A DNA stretch of 64,000 bases from Paraspadella gotoi (taxonomy: Eukaryota; Animalia; Chaetognatha). How positions within the stretch are numbered: the stretch's first letter is position 1; each line of letters starts with the position of its first letter. This document shows, in pieces, positions 1 to 12,964 of the stretch. The notes below the pieces were generated by a model. It saw only the letters and a program-made list of their open reading frames with translations. It did no database searches and had not been told where the DNA came from. The position numbers and the translations under genes were made by a program. The stretch is from contig CM119267.1 in the NCBI GenBank assembly GCA_051294375.1, forward strand, positions 19,154,773 through 19,218,772, in the 5' to 3' direction.

Positions 1-1397
1 ACAGATTACATTAAAAATACTTTTTCTTCTAAACCCAGGATTCGCCTGACATCTCAGATTCTCAGTGCTTAAGAATGAAATCCCAGATCTAGTACCTTTC
101 CTTCTATCCTTCTCCGAATGGAACCAAGAAATTCTCGGAAATGGAATCTTCAATCTCCTTCCGTCTTTCCCCCCCCCTCCTCACCCCCTCTCCCTCCTTC
201 CTTTTCACCTTTCCTTTTCCCTCCCTTCCCGGTTTTTCCTTTTTTTTTCCTTTCTTCTCTTAATCTTCGCACAATACGTTTTCTTCCGCTCGCGCCCCCA
301 CCCGCCTGACAATACGTTTTCTCTGACATCCGGATAGAAAATGGTTTTTTTCCCCGGATGTAATTTCGACAAATGGTTCAATCACTTTAAAACTTCTGCC
401 GACGATAAATTCCTTGTCGCGCGTGCGTTCTCTCTCTTTCTCTCTCCGTTTCTGCCTCTCTCATCTTTCTCTCTCCTCTCTCTCCTCTCCTCTCTCTCTC
501 TCTCTCTCAACCCACCATTTTTCTTCATCCATTTTCGCTATATTCTCACCCAATTTCCCACTCATATAATAAAAGCGTTTAATGCATGTCTCTCATCATC
601 TCATCTCTCTCTCTGCATCTTCTCTTTCATCCATTCCCATTTCTATCAATTCCCACTTCACAATCTCACGAGACCGATTTTCTTTCCTCCCTATTTATTC
701 CTTCCTCACTTTTTCTCACCGATCTCACCGATTGACGCTTTCACGCCCCCACCCCTTTTTTCATCTCATTCACGCAATTGAAGCCATTTCCCCTTTTCCC
801 CGATCTCATTCGCGGAATTTACTACGTAAAGCAAATTCGACTCACTTACTTTTTTTTTAGTCGCTTGGAGACGCGATTTTAGTAGAACTTTTTTTTTTAT
901 TTGTCTCTCTATCAGTAAACAATACGTTCAAAATAACTATTTTAGTGAGAGAAAAGTGTTACAGAAAAAGGTTTCGCCGTCTAAATCAGAGGAAGAGGAT
1001 AAGGTTGAAGAGAAGTAGCAGCCGCAGGAGAAGCTGCAGGAAACGCAGCAGAAAAAAGAAAGATAGAAAGAAAGAAAGAAATAAAAAGAGAATACCCTCG
1101 CCGCGAACGCAAAAAGCATATCTCCAGTTTCGTTCGTTTCCTCCTGCCCTCTTTTCAATCTTAAGCGCTTCATCTGTTCTGTATTTAATCAATTTTCTCC
1201 TCCTCCTCCTCCTCCTCCTCCTCCTCCTCCTCCTTCCAATCCTCCCTCTTCTCAACTCACCTCATTTTCTCTTTTCCAACTTTCAATTTATATTATTATT
1301 ATTTTTTCTCTTCTGGTTCGTTTGGACCCCTGCTGCCGGACGTGCCCCGACAAGTCTCTCTCTCTCTCTCTCTCTCTCATCTCTCTCTCGTCTCTCG

Positions 1398-1442
<45 letters not shown>

Positions 1443-2526
1443 TTCTTCCTTCTATCGATATTTCAATCATGTTCTATTCTTTCCTTTCGCTACGTTTTTT
1501 TCTTCTCCTGTCCACAGCCGCCCTTCCCGAGCTAAACCGTAATAACTCATCTCGCTTTTTTCTTACAGCCAATCGTCCTCTCTCCTCTCTCGATCTCTTC
1601 TCTCTCTCATCTATCTCATCTCTCTCTCTTCTCTCTCTCTCTCAATCTCTCTCTCCTCTCTCTCTTTCCCTCTTCTCTCTCTCTCTTCTCTCCTCCCTCT
1701 CTCTCTGCTCTCTCTCTCGGTTCAAGTCAGCAGAAGATTTCAATCCCTTTTTTTTCCTCAGATATCAACAAGACTCTCTTATACCTTTTTCCTTTTTTTC
1801 TTATCTCGCTCAAGCTCAATTCTCCATTCCCGCCCCCCCCCCCCCGCCCTCCTCCTCAGTCCTCACATCAAACCCCAAACCCCGCCCTCTCTCTCTCTTG
1901 TCCCCACTAAATTTCCACGCGCTCTCCCTCCGCCTCCCCTTTTTGCCTCGCTCCGATCGGTGCGTACTGTCCCTCCGAGGGCCGGTTATCACGTCCCCAG
2001 TCCTTTTAACGTACGTGCGACCCTTGCACTGACGCGCACTGCGGTCTTCTGCGCGCGACTTTATGGCCGGCCATTCATTACGGTGGGCGGTTGGAGAGAG
2101 GTCGCCGTAATCTTATGTAGGTCTTCTTCTGCATTCACTCGGTTTTTTTTTTTTCCCTACGCTCCCCTCCTTTTATCATACATCCTTTTTTATCTTAATT
2201 CACTATCAAGGCATTAGACTTTCTATTCATAATCTTTTTCTACCTCCCCCTCTTCTATGTAGTTCTCTTATCTTCAACTGAACTCACCCCAATCTCACCT
2301 TTCTCAATAACTCATTCATCCCTCCCTCGGTTTTCAACTTCCTCCCATACCCAACTCCAAATATCATTTCCTTCCCACACTTCGTACGCACACTCTCTAC
2401 GATCACATGAGCCAAATGTAAAAAAAGGATCGTAATAATTTTATTTTCTTCTTTTGTTCGAGGGACATTGCAAAGGGCCCTGCAGTCCTCCGAATTCGAT
2501 TCCCCATCTGTCGAGATTATATATTA

Positions 2527-2568
<42 letters not shown>

Positions 2569-2573
2569 TCTCT

Positions 2574-2621
<48 letters not shown>

Positions 2622-3156
2622 GATTAGAAGTGATGGTTTACGTCGAGCGTGAAAAATTAAAGTTCGTGAGCGTAATGATTCTTTTTAAGGCGATTTGATT
2701 AACGAGTTCTATATAGCGGTCGTTGGCGTCGTCGTCGTCGTCGTCGTCGTTCGTGTGCCTCGGCTCCGTTCTNNNNNNNNNNNNNNNNNNNNNNNNNNNN
2801 NNNNNNNNNNNNNNNNNNNNNNNNNNNNNNNNNNNNNNNNNNNNNNNNNNNNNNNNNNNNNNNNNNNNNNNNNNNNNNNNNNNNNNNNNNNNNNNNNNNN
2901 NNNNNNNNNNNNNNNNNNNNNNNNNNNNNNNNNNNNNNNNNNNNNNNNNNNNNNNNNNNNNNNNNNNNNNNNNNNNNNNNNNNNNNNNNNNNNNNNNNNN
3001 NNNNNNNNNNNNNNNNNNNNNNNNNNNNNNNNNNNNNNNNNNNNNNNNNNNNNNNNNNNNNNNNNNNNNNNNNNNNNNNNNNNNNNNNNNNNNNNNNNNN
3101 NGCGTAATGATTCTTTTTAAGGGCGATTTGATTAACGAGTTCTATAGCGGTCGTTG

Positions 3157-3190
<34 letters not shown>

Positions 3191-3743
3191 TCTTTCCATT
3201 TCCGTTTTCATTTCAGTCTCGGTCCTCATTCCGGTCGACGTTGTAAAATTGTAACCACGATCAATATCCCCCTTGTCATCGTGAATTGATGACTTTGTCA
3301 TTTTGTCATTTATATGGTTTGTTTTGTTTCTTAAATTACCTCAAGTTACCTTAATTGAAAAACGTACATTATACGTTCAAAAGCAAAACCTACGAAAGTA
3401 AGAATATTAACATCGCACGTCAATCTTTTAACCAACTTTTTTATACATATAAGCGTTGAACTCAGAATTCTCTTGGCTTATTGCCGATCACGTTCGAAAG
3501 ACGTTAGAAAGTTTGCCAAGCTGTCGAAGTTAATTCATACTTAAATCGAGTTAATTTATTACTTAGTACACGCATAATATATTTATGAATACTACATACA
3601 TAAATTTACATACATACGTTTATATACTACGCAAATTCGGTTTGACTGATATAAATTTATTACTAAAAATAAAACCAGAATTGGAATTTAAAAAATAAAA
3701 TGCTGTAATCATCTAAACAACAATGTTGCTTTTATTAATGTTC

Positions 3744-3884
<141 letters not shown>

Positions 3885-5010
3885 GAAAAGAACAGAGAAA
3901 CTCATAATCGTCACGCGGAACACTGATTTTCCTCGTTTGCTGAAGAAGAAGAGAAAGAAAATAGAAGGAAAAAAAAAGATTATGAATTATTACTCCGTTT
4001 TTATGGTTAAGGCGAAACTAGGCCCTCTCGCGGAATTGTTTGCGAATTGCGCCAAGGTTGGTTTGCTCAACGCTGAAAGTGGCGCCACGGGTCGTTGACG
4101 CGGCGGCCCGTGGCGCGTCACGGGCTGCGCCATTCCCGAAGCGCGGAAAGGTCGGAATTTTTTTTATTTATTTTTATTTTTAGCCGACTCGGTTTTTCCT
4201 GTCGGTTGGTGTTCAGTTTCAACCTGGACTTTTATAGTCACTACTAGTACTAGTTATAACAACTAATGCTGTAAAACAGTGTCACTGTTACTTTTTTGAC
4301 TATTATTCCACTTTTCCTGGTATGCTAAGGAAAATTATGAAATTACTAGGATTAGTATTAGTATTTCAACATAAGAAGAAAAAACTACCACTGAAAAGAT
4401 AAAAAAAGGGAGGATAAAATAAGGCGAGGAAAAAAATTTAATTAAAAAAAAAATTAAAAAAGGGGAAAAAAAAGGATGGATGAGCCGCGTGAAACCGAAG
4501 GAGGAAAAATGAAGTAAAGCAACGAGGTGTAACAAAAAACCTTTTATAAATAAAATTAAAATATAAAAAATAATGAATAAAGAAACGAAGGAGATGAGAA
4601 AAAAGGGTAAAAAGGAGAGAAAGAGAAAAAAGGAAGAAAAAAAAGAAGGAAAGAACACGTCGGACTCTGTTGAGTTACGGTTCTCCAGTCGACGTTTGTG
4701 AATTAGAATTTTTCTTCTCCTTTCGCCATAATTTCTGCTTCCGTAAATCGAAGAATTTGCGACGAGGGAACTAATTTCCGGGAAAAAAGAATATTTTTTT
4801 TTTCATGGCTTTTTTCTTCATTTTTATTCTATTTCCTATTTCCTCACCCTATTCCTTACCTTTGGTTATATTCCTTTGCTCCTCCACTCTATTTTATCAT
4901 TCTTGTTTATTTATTTACAATACGGCCACCAAAAAGAAAAAGAAATCTTTTCCTATACCAACTTCCCATTCGTTTGAGTTTGTCTCTCTTCCTGCGCTAA
5001 CCCCTCTCTC

Positions 5011-5336
5011 CCTCTTCTCTTTTCCCTTCCTATTCCCTCTTACCTTTCTATTTCTCTCTCCCTCTTCTCTTTTCCCTTCCTATTCCCGCTTACCTTTCTA
5101 TTTTCTTTCTATTCCTTTCTATTTCTCTCTCTCTATCCCCCTCTTCTCTTTTCCCTTCTTATTCCCTCTTACCTTTCTATTTTTCTCTCCCTATCCCCCT
5201 CTTCTCTTTTCCCTTCCTATTCCCTCTTGCCTTTCTATTTCTCTTTTCCCTTCCTATTCCCTCTTACCTTTCCATTTTCCTCTCCTTATCCCCCTCTTCT
5301 CTTTTCCCTTCCTATTCCCTCTAACCTTTCTATTTC
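5011..5336 (+). repeat. Polypyrimidine minisatellite, about 6-7 units of 45-60 bp (ccctcttctcttttcccttcctattccctcttacctttctatt)
   Basis: The unit recurs visibly at about 5011, 5061, 5139, 5197, 5240 and 5291. Confidence 0.85.
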
Positions 5337-5582
5337 TTCGCTTTTTTTCTCTCTAATGGTTTTTTCTTTCTCATTTTCTGTGCAATAAAAAAAAACCTAT
5401 CATTATCGCGAAGATTATTTTGTTTTGAAATTTTGTTATAAAATTATTCGTTCATTTATCAAATAAGATATCATTTCTTCTGATTTTGGACAGGCTATGT
5501 TATTTTCCCAAAAAAAGAAGCTATTTTTATGAACTAAAAAGGAGTTAATTGTTTTTAAAGAAAGACCTACTCTTTCTCACAG

Positions 5583-6037
5583 GCTTCGGTTCTCAATACG
5601 GCACCGGCTCCTTCGCTTCCGGCTTAAGCTCCAAACGCAACTCATGGGATCCGTCGACGCTGCGTCGATCCGGCGACGACTTTCCGGCCGAGGCGGAAGT
5701 CACCACGGCCTCGGCCGCGTCGGCCGCGTCGGCTGCGGCCGCGTCGCCGGATCCCATCGAGCGTCGACCGGAAACGACGCCTCGAATGACGAACGCGACG
5801 CCGACGATGACGACGACTCAAGTGGCGAAGACCAAAGCCCTCAACGTCAACAACGCCGCGGCATCGTCGACGCCGTTTCCGATCCCGGCGCCCTCTCTCG
5901 TTTCGGCGTCAAGCTCGCGAGGGAGCGCCGGAGGCGCCACGAACGCCGAGGCCGCCGCCGACTCCATCGGCTCAGGTACTCGCGGCTTAGGAAGGCCGAG
6001 ACGTTCATTAAAGGAGAGCAAATTATTGACGAACTCG
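5583..6037 (+). CDS. Internal coding exon A (phase 1 to phase 0) of a spliced gene encoding an S/T/P/A-rich, probably disordered protein: GFGSQYGTGSFASGLSSKRNSWDPSTLRRSG...RPRRSLKESKLLTNS
   Basis: GC-rich island in AT-rich DNA. Acceptor tctttctcacAG ends at 5582 and donor tcg|GTAACG starts at 6038. The frame (ORF 5549) is open with high GC3 and many NCG codons. The phase-0 end matches exon B. There is an alternative donor cag|GTACTC at 5976. Confidence 0.8.
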
Positions 6038-6045
6038 GTAACGAG

Positions 6046-6047
<2 letters not shown>

Positions 6048-6101
<54 letters not shown>
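6048..6101 (+). repeat. (CT)26 microsatellite directly after the exon A donor
   Basis: Pure CT run starting about 10 nt into the intron. Confidence 0.95.
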
Positions 6102-6103
<2 letters not shown>

Positions 6104-7351
6104 CATCCATTTCTGAATTAATCTGCGGTCGTTAGTCGCTGAAATTGCCAAGTTTTTTTTTCCCCCTTTTTTTCCTTTTAAGATTTCTTTTTAATTTTCT
6201 TTTTTTTTGAGTTTTTACTCTCAACTTTTCTTTACTTTTTTCTTTTCTTTCTTTCTTCCTTTCGGGTGGGAGAAAAGAACGATAAAATTAAGAGGAAAGA
6301 AAAAAAAATAAAAGAATAAAGCAGCTCTAAGATCTCGCGACGTTTTTCGTAACGTGGAGGTGAAGGTTTACAAACGGATAGAGTGGCAATCGGGGTGGTT
6401 AGTGCACCAGTCCAGCAGGCAACTTAACCATTGAAGTTGGTCATTTGGAAAGTGGACATTTTTTGGTAGTTTGGCCTGAGGTGGTTGTACAACCATAAAT
6501 AAAGGGGGCGCTGCGTGTGTTGGCCGTAAAGAGCGACGTTGGTGGCGCCTTAGAAACGGGAATAAGGAGGAATGTTGTCGATGGTCGTTGTAGTAAGCGT
6601 CATTGCACTTATTGAATTACACTCGTAAATTCAAGAACGCAATTTAGAAAGTGAGGGAGAAAGGCGGAAGCGATGGCAGGCAGCGGCGGAGACGCNNNNN
6701 NNNNNNNNNNNNNNNNNNNNNNNNNNNNNNNNNNNNNNNNNNNNNNNNNNNNNNNNNNNNNNNNNNNNNNNNNNNNNNNNNNNNNNNNNNNNNNNNNNNN
6801 NNNNNNNNNNNNNNNNNNNNNNNNNNNNNNNNNNNNNNNNNTAGAAAGCCGTGTTTTGGCTGACAATCATCGCTATCCCCTTTTCGTCAACTCGTAAAAC
6901 ATTCACGATTTTCCGGGAAACGAAGATGAAAAATAGTTTTCCTTTTTTTATTTAAATATTTATTTTGTTACTGAGAATGATTGAGGAAAGATTAGACCAT
7001 AAATATGAATTCTTTTTCTCAACTCGTAAAAAATTTAATAAAACGAACGAAGTCGAAAACGGTAAACATTTTATTATTCTCCCGAGGTTCGGCTATAACG
7101 AGGAAAGGAAGGAGTTTCCTTGGAAAAAGATTTTTCTCGCAGTTGAAATTTTTAACTTCCGGTCGTTGTCGTTTTGTTTCTGGTTGCAAAAAATGGTCGA
7201 GAGATGACGCTCTATAGTATAAAAGAGATCGTTCGCGGGGGCAAGGAAATTCCATCATTTTAAAAGGGGCGAGTTGTCTTCCATTAAATAGATCACTTTT
7301 CCCTCCGCTAGCCGCGACTGATTATAAAGGGAGCAAGAGGTGAGGAGAGAG

Positions 7352-7389
<38 letters not shown>

Positions 7390-7390
7390 T

Positions 7391-7424
<34 letters not shown>

Positions 7425-7716
7425 GAGAGAGCAGATCGTTAGCGAGGCCTAGAGGTCAGACTCCTTCTCGAGAGTCTTCACGATTAACGATTCCCGCTCT
7501 TCGTTGAATTATTCATAATTATGTACGTGCTGAGAAAACGTCGTTAACATTTATTTAGGCGTCATTTTCCGAACGCGGGGTTGACGATGCTTGGGTGAGG
7601 GGCGGGGAAAGGGGGGGAGCGAAGGAATCCATCTTTGCATGTTCATGATTCATCGATCCGCCCTTTGCTCTTTTTTTTTAAAATTCGGAAAATCGATCTT
7701 TTTTTTTTTCTTTAAG

Positions 7717-7790
7717 GTCAATCGGGAATCGATGCGGACGGGAATCCAACGCAATCAACTGAACCTGGAATCAGGACTTGCCAACATCAG
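7717..7790 (+). CDS. Internal coding exon B, 74 nt (phase 0 to phase 2): VNRESMRTGIQRNQLNLESGLANI(R)
   Basis: Poly-T tract plus tttaAG acceptor and cag|GTGAGA donor. Phases join exon A (phase 0) and exon C (ag+g = Arg) without a stop. Confidence 0.8.
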
Positions 7791-8859
7791 GTGAGAATCG
7801 GCGAAAAGAGGCATTTACCTACCATTGCACAGTCGAATTATAAATTATCGTTTAGTAATTAACCAAGGATTAATATCGTACGTTGCGGTCAATGGCATCG
7901 ACCGAGTATAAAATAAAATAAGGGAGAAAAAAAAAAACTTGTACATCTCTTTAGAGTCTCGATGACATTTGATGAAAGACTGCAGTGATTAATCACCAAA
8001 CTCCGGTCATTCGCCGGGGAACGTTCTCGAGTGAAAAAAACAAAGTTGGTTTGTTTTATTGTGAGGCAGAGATGTGAAACTATATTGGTGGTGAGAAAAT
8101 AAATTGCAGTCGTAATCCTAGAATCTTCGGCTGATCAATTTCAAGAGAATTCCTGTAACAATGGAAACTATCTATATACTGTTGCAAGGTACCTGTTCTT
8201 TTAAAGGGATTGGAAGCTACATATTTTTGTAAAATATCGGCGAAAAGTTTGAATTTATTTGCGTACCCACTTTCTCCCACGTGTTTTGGAATCGTAAGGA
8301 AATGTTTTCAATTTTTCGCGGCTTCTAGATTCTGTGACTGACGTATTTCCCCATTTTTGCGCCAAGAAAAGATTTCCTTCCTGAAATATAAAATAAATCT
8401 GATCCAGAATACGCGATGCAGCCGTTAAATACTTCTTTTGTTATGTAATTGTTAAATTACTTTCATTCGAACCAACTATTTCTGTTCAAAGATTGATAAA
8501 GTGACTGATCGAATGATTAAACCGTGCGACCGACCAAAAAAGTGACTTTAAAGAGATGCTTCGCATCTTCGAAGTGAAAATATCTTTTTTAACGCCTCCA
8601 GTTTTCTTTAGATCGGCGCGCGCGCGAAATAAAAAAGGAAAAAAAATACTAGACGTTGATTTATTTGATAAATTTCNNNNNNNNNNNNNNNNNNNNNNNN
8701 NNNNNNNNNNNNNNNNNNNNNNNNNNNNNNNNNNNNNNNNNNNNNNNNNNNNNNNNNNNNNNNNNNNNNNNNNNNNNNNNNNNNNNNNNNNNNNNNNNNN
8801 NNNNNNNNNNNNNNNNNNNNNNNNNNNNNNNNNNNNNNNNNNNNNNNNNNNNNNNNNNN

Positions 8860-8894
<35 letters not shown>

Positions 8895-11800
8895 TGTTAA
8901 TGAGGATTTCCAGCGACGCCATAAGTCTTAAAAAGGATGGCATCGAATCCATACTTCATATTTTTTTAGTAATCAACGCGGAAAATTCTGAGTTGCTGCA
9001 GCATTTTCACGCAACTGATGCCATTATATCACATCATATCGCAACATGTTGGGCCTATTGGGCCTATTGGGCCCATTGGGTTGAGTCAAATTCATATGCG
9101 ACCCCATGGAATCCAATAATCTCGGCCAAGGTCATCGTCGTTTGCACCAATGTACCCATTTTGCCTCCACCGCAAACGCAACTGAAAAGCACGCACGNNN
9201 NNNNNNNNNNNNNNNNNNNNNNNNNNNNNNNNNNNNNNNNNNNNNNNNNNNNNNNNNNNNNNNNNNNNNNNNNNNNNNNNNNNNNNNNNNNNNNNNNNNN
9301 NNNNNNNNNNNNNNNNNNNNNNNNNNNNNNNNNNNNNNNNNNNNNNNNNNNNNNNNNNNNNNNNNNNNNNNNNNNNNNNNNNNNNNNNNNNNNNNNNNNN
9401 NNNNNNNCTCTCTCTCTTTCTCTCTTAATAGTCTTTAATTTTATTTCAAATACAGCGACTCATTTTTTTCCCAGTATGAAAAAATCCGACCGATTTCTCT
9501 CGATCTCAAGAGCGATTCGATTTTAAATCACTCGAGATGACGTAATTTTTTTTTTCACAAATCGGTGAATACAAATTTCACCGGCGGCTGAATACGAAGT
9601 TAACGGCAACCGCGGTGGATAAAGTGCGCAGTCGGCGTGAGACTAATTGCTAAATATAAACGAAGTTAGTGGGAACGGTTGGGTTGTTGTGGTTGTTGTC
9701 CTCGTCGCCGACATAATCACGTAATGAAACATGGCGTCGACATATATGGCGCAGTAGCTGCCGTTTGCATTGGCTCCGTTGTTTAGGTCGTCGACGCCGT
9801 TTTTCGTTGGCGCCGTCCTTTTTGCTTTGGCGCTGTCCTTTACTCTGACGCCGTCCTTAGCTCTATATGTCACTCCCACGCCACAGTTTGCGATTGCACC
9901 CGCCCTTGGNNNNNNNNNNAATTGGGAGCGAAAAATGAAAAGCGATTTATTTCGATTTCCTTTCGCACCTGCGTCTCTTTTTCCCGCGAATAATACCGGG
10001 TGTCACTTTAAAAACGGTCTCGACTATAACTTTTTTTCAAGGGATTTAGTCGGCGTTATTCCAAAAAAAAAAAAAAAAGTCGGGGCGAAACAGTGGCGAA
10101 CAGTTTTTTCCCTTCGCTTCGGCCCGAGCTCTTTGCCGAGAACCCGCGTTCTCCGGTCGCGCGCGGTAACAATGAGTTATGATGGACCCAATTTATTTTC
10201 ATTTTTTCCATCCTTGAAAATGACTTTGCGCGAGCGCGAGGTTGTCTGCGACTCACGCTCTCTNNNNNNNNNNNNNNNNNNNNNNNNNNNNNNNNNNNNN
10301 NNNNNNNNNNNNNNNNNNNNNNNNNNNNNNNNNNNNNNNNNNNNNNNNNNNNNNNNNNNNNNNNNNNNNNNNNNNNNNNNNNNNNNNNNNNNNNNNNNNN
10401 NNNNNNNNNNNNNNNNNNNNNNNNNNNNNNNNNNNNNNNNNNNNNNNNNNNNNNNNNNNNNNNNNNNNNNNNNNNNNNNNNNNNNNNNNNNNNNNNNNNN
10501 NNNNNNNNNNNNNNNNNNNNNNNNNCTCCTCCTCCTCCTCCTCCTCCTCCTCTTCCTCCTCATCGTCTCACTCAACGAACTCCTCCGGCAAATCTGGGCT
10601 TCAATCCGGCGAAGGAAAAAAACCAAAAAAGACTAATTCGTCGTAAGTCGATAATTAATTCCTTTTCATAGTTAATTCAATGCAGTTTTTTTTTTTTTTT
10701 TTTTNNNNNNNNNNNNNNNNNNNNNNNNNNNNNNNNNNNNNNNNNNNNNNNNNNNNNNNNNNNNNNNNNNNNNNNNNNNNNNNNNNNNNNNNNNNNNNNN
10801 NNNNNNNNNNNNNNNNNNNNNNNTTTTTTTTTTTTTTTTTTTTAGTTTAATTTAATGGACCAATTTACTTGAAATTTATTTGTAAATTATTGATATAAAT
10901 TCAGTGATTATTCTCCCATTTTATATTTTTTTAATTTCGTTTCATTCATTCATTCATTCAATCTTTTCATTCATTCATTAATTCATTCATTTATTCCGTC
11001 CGTTCGCCCACCCATCAATTACCCCATTTGAAATCCTCCTACTCTCGTTCGCCGCTGATCGAAANNNNNNNNNNNNNNNNNNNNNNNNNNNNNNNNNNNN
11101 NNNNNNNNNNNNNNNNNNNNNNNNNNNNNNNNNNNNNNNNNNNNNNNNNNNNNNNNNNNNNNNNNNNNNNNNNNNNNCCCCATCTTCCCCCAATATCGTT
11201 CCATGGACTTGGAAAATATTTATTTATTGCTTGTCTCTTTCCAGTTTCCATGGACCATTAATAATTATTTTACTTAATACTTTATACTTATTTATGGCTT
11301 TAGAACTATTTTCGCCGCTCTTTGCCCCTACATTTTTTCCACCCCTCATAAAAGATCAGGATCCATTTCCTACTTAAAATTTCCCATTTACTGCCTCATT
11401 CTCGTCCCTACCCTTTTCTCCCCTTTAATTTCCTTACCTTCCNNNNNNNNNNNNNNNNNNNNNNNNNNNNNNNNNNNNNNNNNNNNNNNNNNNNNNNNNN
11501 NNNNNNNNNNNNNNNNNNNNNNNNNNNNNNNNNNNNNNNNNNNNNNNNNNNNNNNNNNNNNNNNNNNNNNNNNNNNNNNNNNNNNNNNNNNNNNNNNNNN
11601 NNNNNNNNNNNNNNNNNNNNNNNNNNNNNNNNNNNNNNNNNNNNNNNNNNNNNNNNNNNNNNNNNNNNNNNNNNNNNNNNNNNNNNNNNNNNNNNNNNNN
11701 NNNNNNNNNCTTGTAGAGATTTCCACAGTAGTAATACTCAAACATATATACAACCATTCGGCACTCGACTATTTTCATTCTTACCAATACGATCTTCGTG

Positions 11801-12175
11801 ATCATTGAAACCCTTTAGGTTGGACAGGTGCAGGACAGGTTGTTAATTGAATGAATAAATAAGTTTTATATTGTTTGGACCAGTTCCAGTTGCTGTCATA
11901 TTCCAGGTGCTGATACGGTTCCATTGTCTTTCTCAATTTCCAATCATCGAACTCTCACACTCCAGTTCACAGCCTCGTACCATGCTTCATTAGTTTTAAC
12001 TTCAATTTCTTTTTATTTCCAATCACGGTCATCATCTCATAAATGGTGATCATTCACCCCAACTGTGAAATTCACAATGTCATCGTTGCCATCCCCTCGC
12101 CTAATTTTCAAACAAAAACCGTCACCATCATTCTTAGCTCCTCAATTCTCATCTCATCTCTGACCCTTTTTGCAG

Positions 12176-12300
12176 GAGACACTCTCTCCCGGCGTCCCCG
12201 GTTCGCGCCGACGACGCCGCCGCCCCGGTGACGACGACGCCGGAGTCCGCCTCGTCGACGCCCACTTCGCCGGCGCCCAACGCCCCTTCGAATGCGCCAA
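12176..12300 (+). CDS. Internal coding exon C, 125 nt (phase 2 to phase 1): RHSLPASPVRADDAAAPVTTTPESASSTPTSPAPNAPSNAP
   Basis: Branch-like ctgac followed by ccttttt tgcAG acceptor, and a consensus caa|GTGAGT donor. GC-rich with NCG codons like exon A. The B-C junction creates RRHSLP. Confidence 0.8.
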
Positions 12301-12964
12301 GTGAGTAGGTTTTCTGGCTAACGACGCCGGGCGCCGTTTCATGGAACAAAGAAAAAAGAGGAACGAAGAGGCGGACGCTCCTTTTGTTCTGCTTTATTTC
12401 CACGGCGCTTTTAATTTTTATTTTGAAGCAATTATTTCACTCTCTCTCTCTCTTTCTCTCTCTCTCTCNNNNNNNNNNNNNNNNNNNNNNNNNNNNNNNN
12501 NNNNNNNNNNNNNNNNNNNNNNNNNNNNNNNNNNNNNNNNNNNNNNNNNNNNNNNNNNNNNNNNNNNNNNNNNNNNNNNNNNNNNNNNNNNNNNNNNNNN
12601 NNNNNNNNNNNNNNNNNNNNNNNNNNNNNNNNNNNNNNNNNNNNNNNNNNNNNNNNNNNNNNNNNNNNNNNNNNNNNNNNNNNNNNNNNNNNNNNNNNNN
12701 NNNNNNNNNNNNNNNNNNNNNNNNNNNNNNNNNNNNNNNNNNNNNNNNNNNNNNNNNNNNNNNNNNNNNNNNNNNNNNNNNNNNNNNNNNNNNNNNNNNN
12801 NNNNNNNNNNNNNCATCCTCACTACTACACCAGCTTCCCTCTCTCCCACATCTTTGATTTATATTTTCTTTCAATAATAGTATATTCTTAGTTTCTTTTT
12901 AAATTCTCTACTAATTTAAGATTCCATTGACTAGCATTCCCTTTTCTTTCACCCTATTTACCAG

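Noticed and set aside
65-2698. Long ORFs rich in L/S/F or R/E (for example 945..1535 and 1322..2032)
   Set aside because: They are translations of (CT)n, (GA)n and poly-T tracts in noisy sequence, with no coding-like composition or splice support. The same applies to most ORFs in the track.
2695-3301. ORFs running through N gaps, here and throughout the window
   Set aside because: They are open only because N codons cannot be stops.
5011-5336. Repeat-spacer array or repeat protein (ORF 4805..5356)
   Set aside because: It is a plain polypyrimidine minisatellite with no unique spacers, and the ORF is a low-complexity by-product.
6478-6610. let-7-like tgaggtggttgtac (6478) and miR-92-like cattgcactt (6601)
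   Set aside because: Only short partial matches. The rest of the mature sequence and a precursor hairpin are absent.
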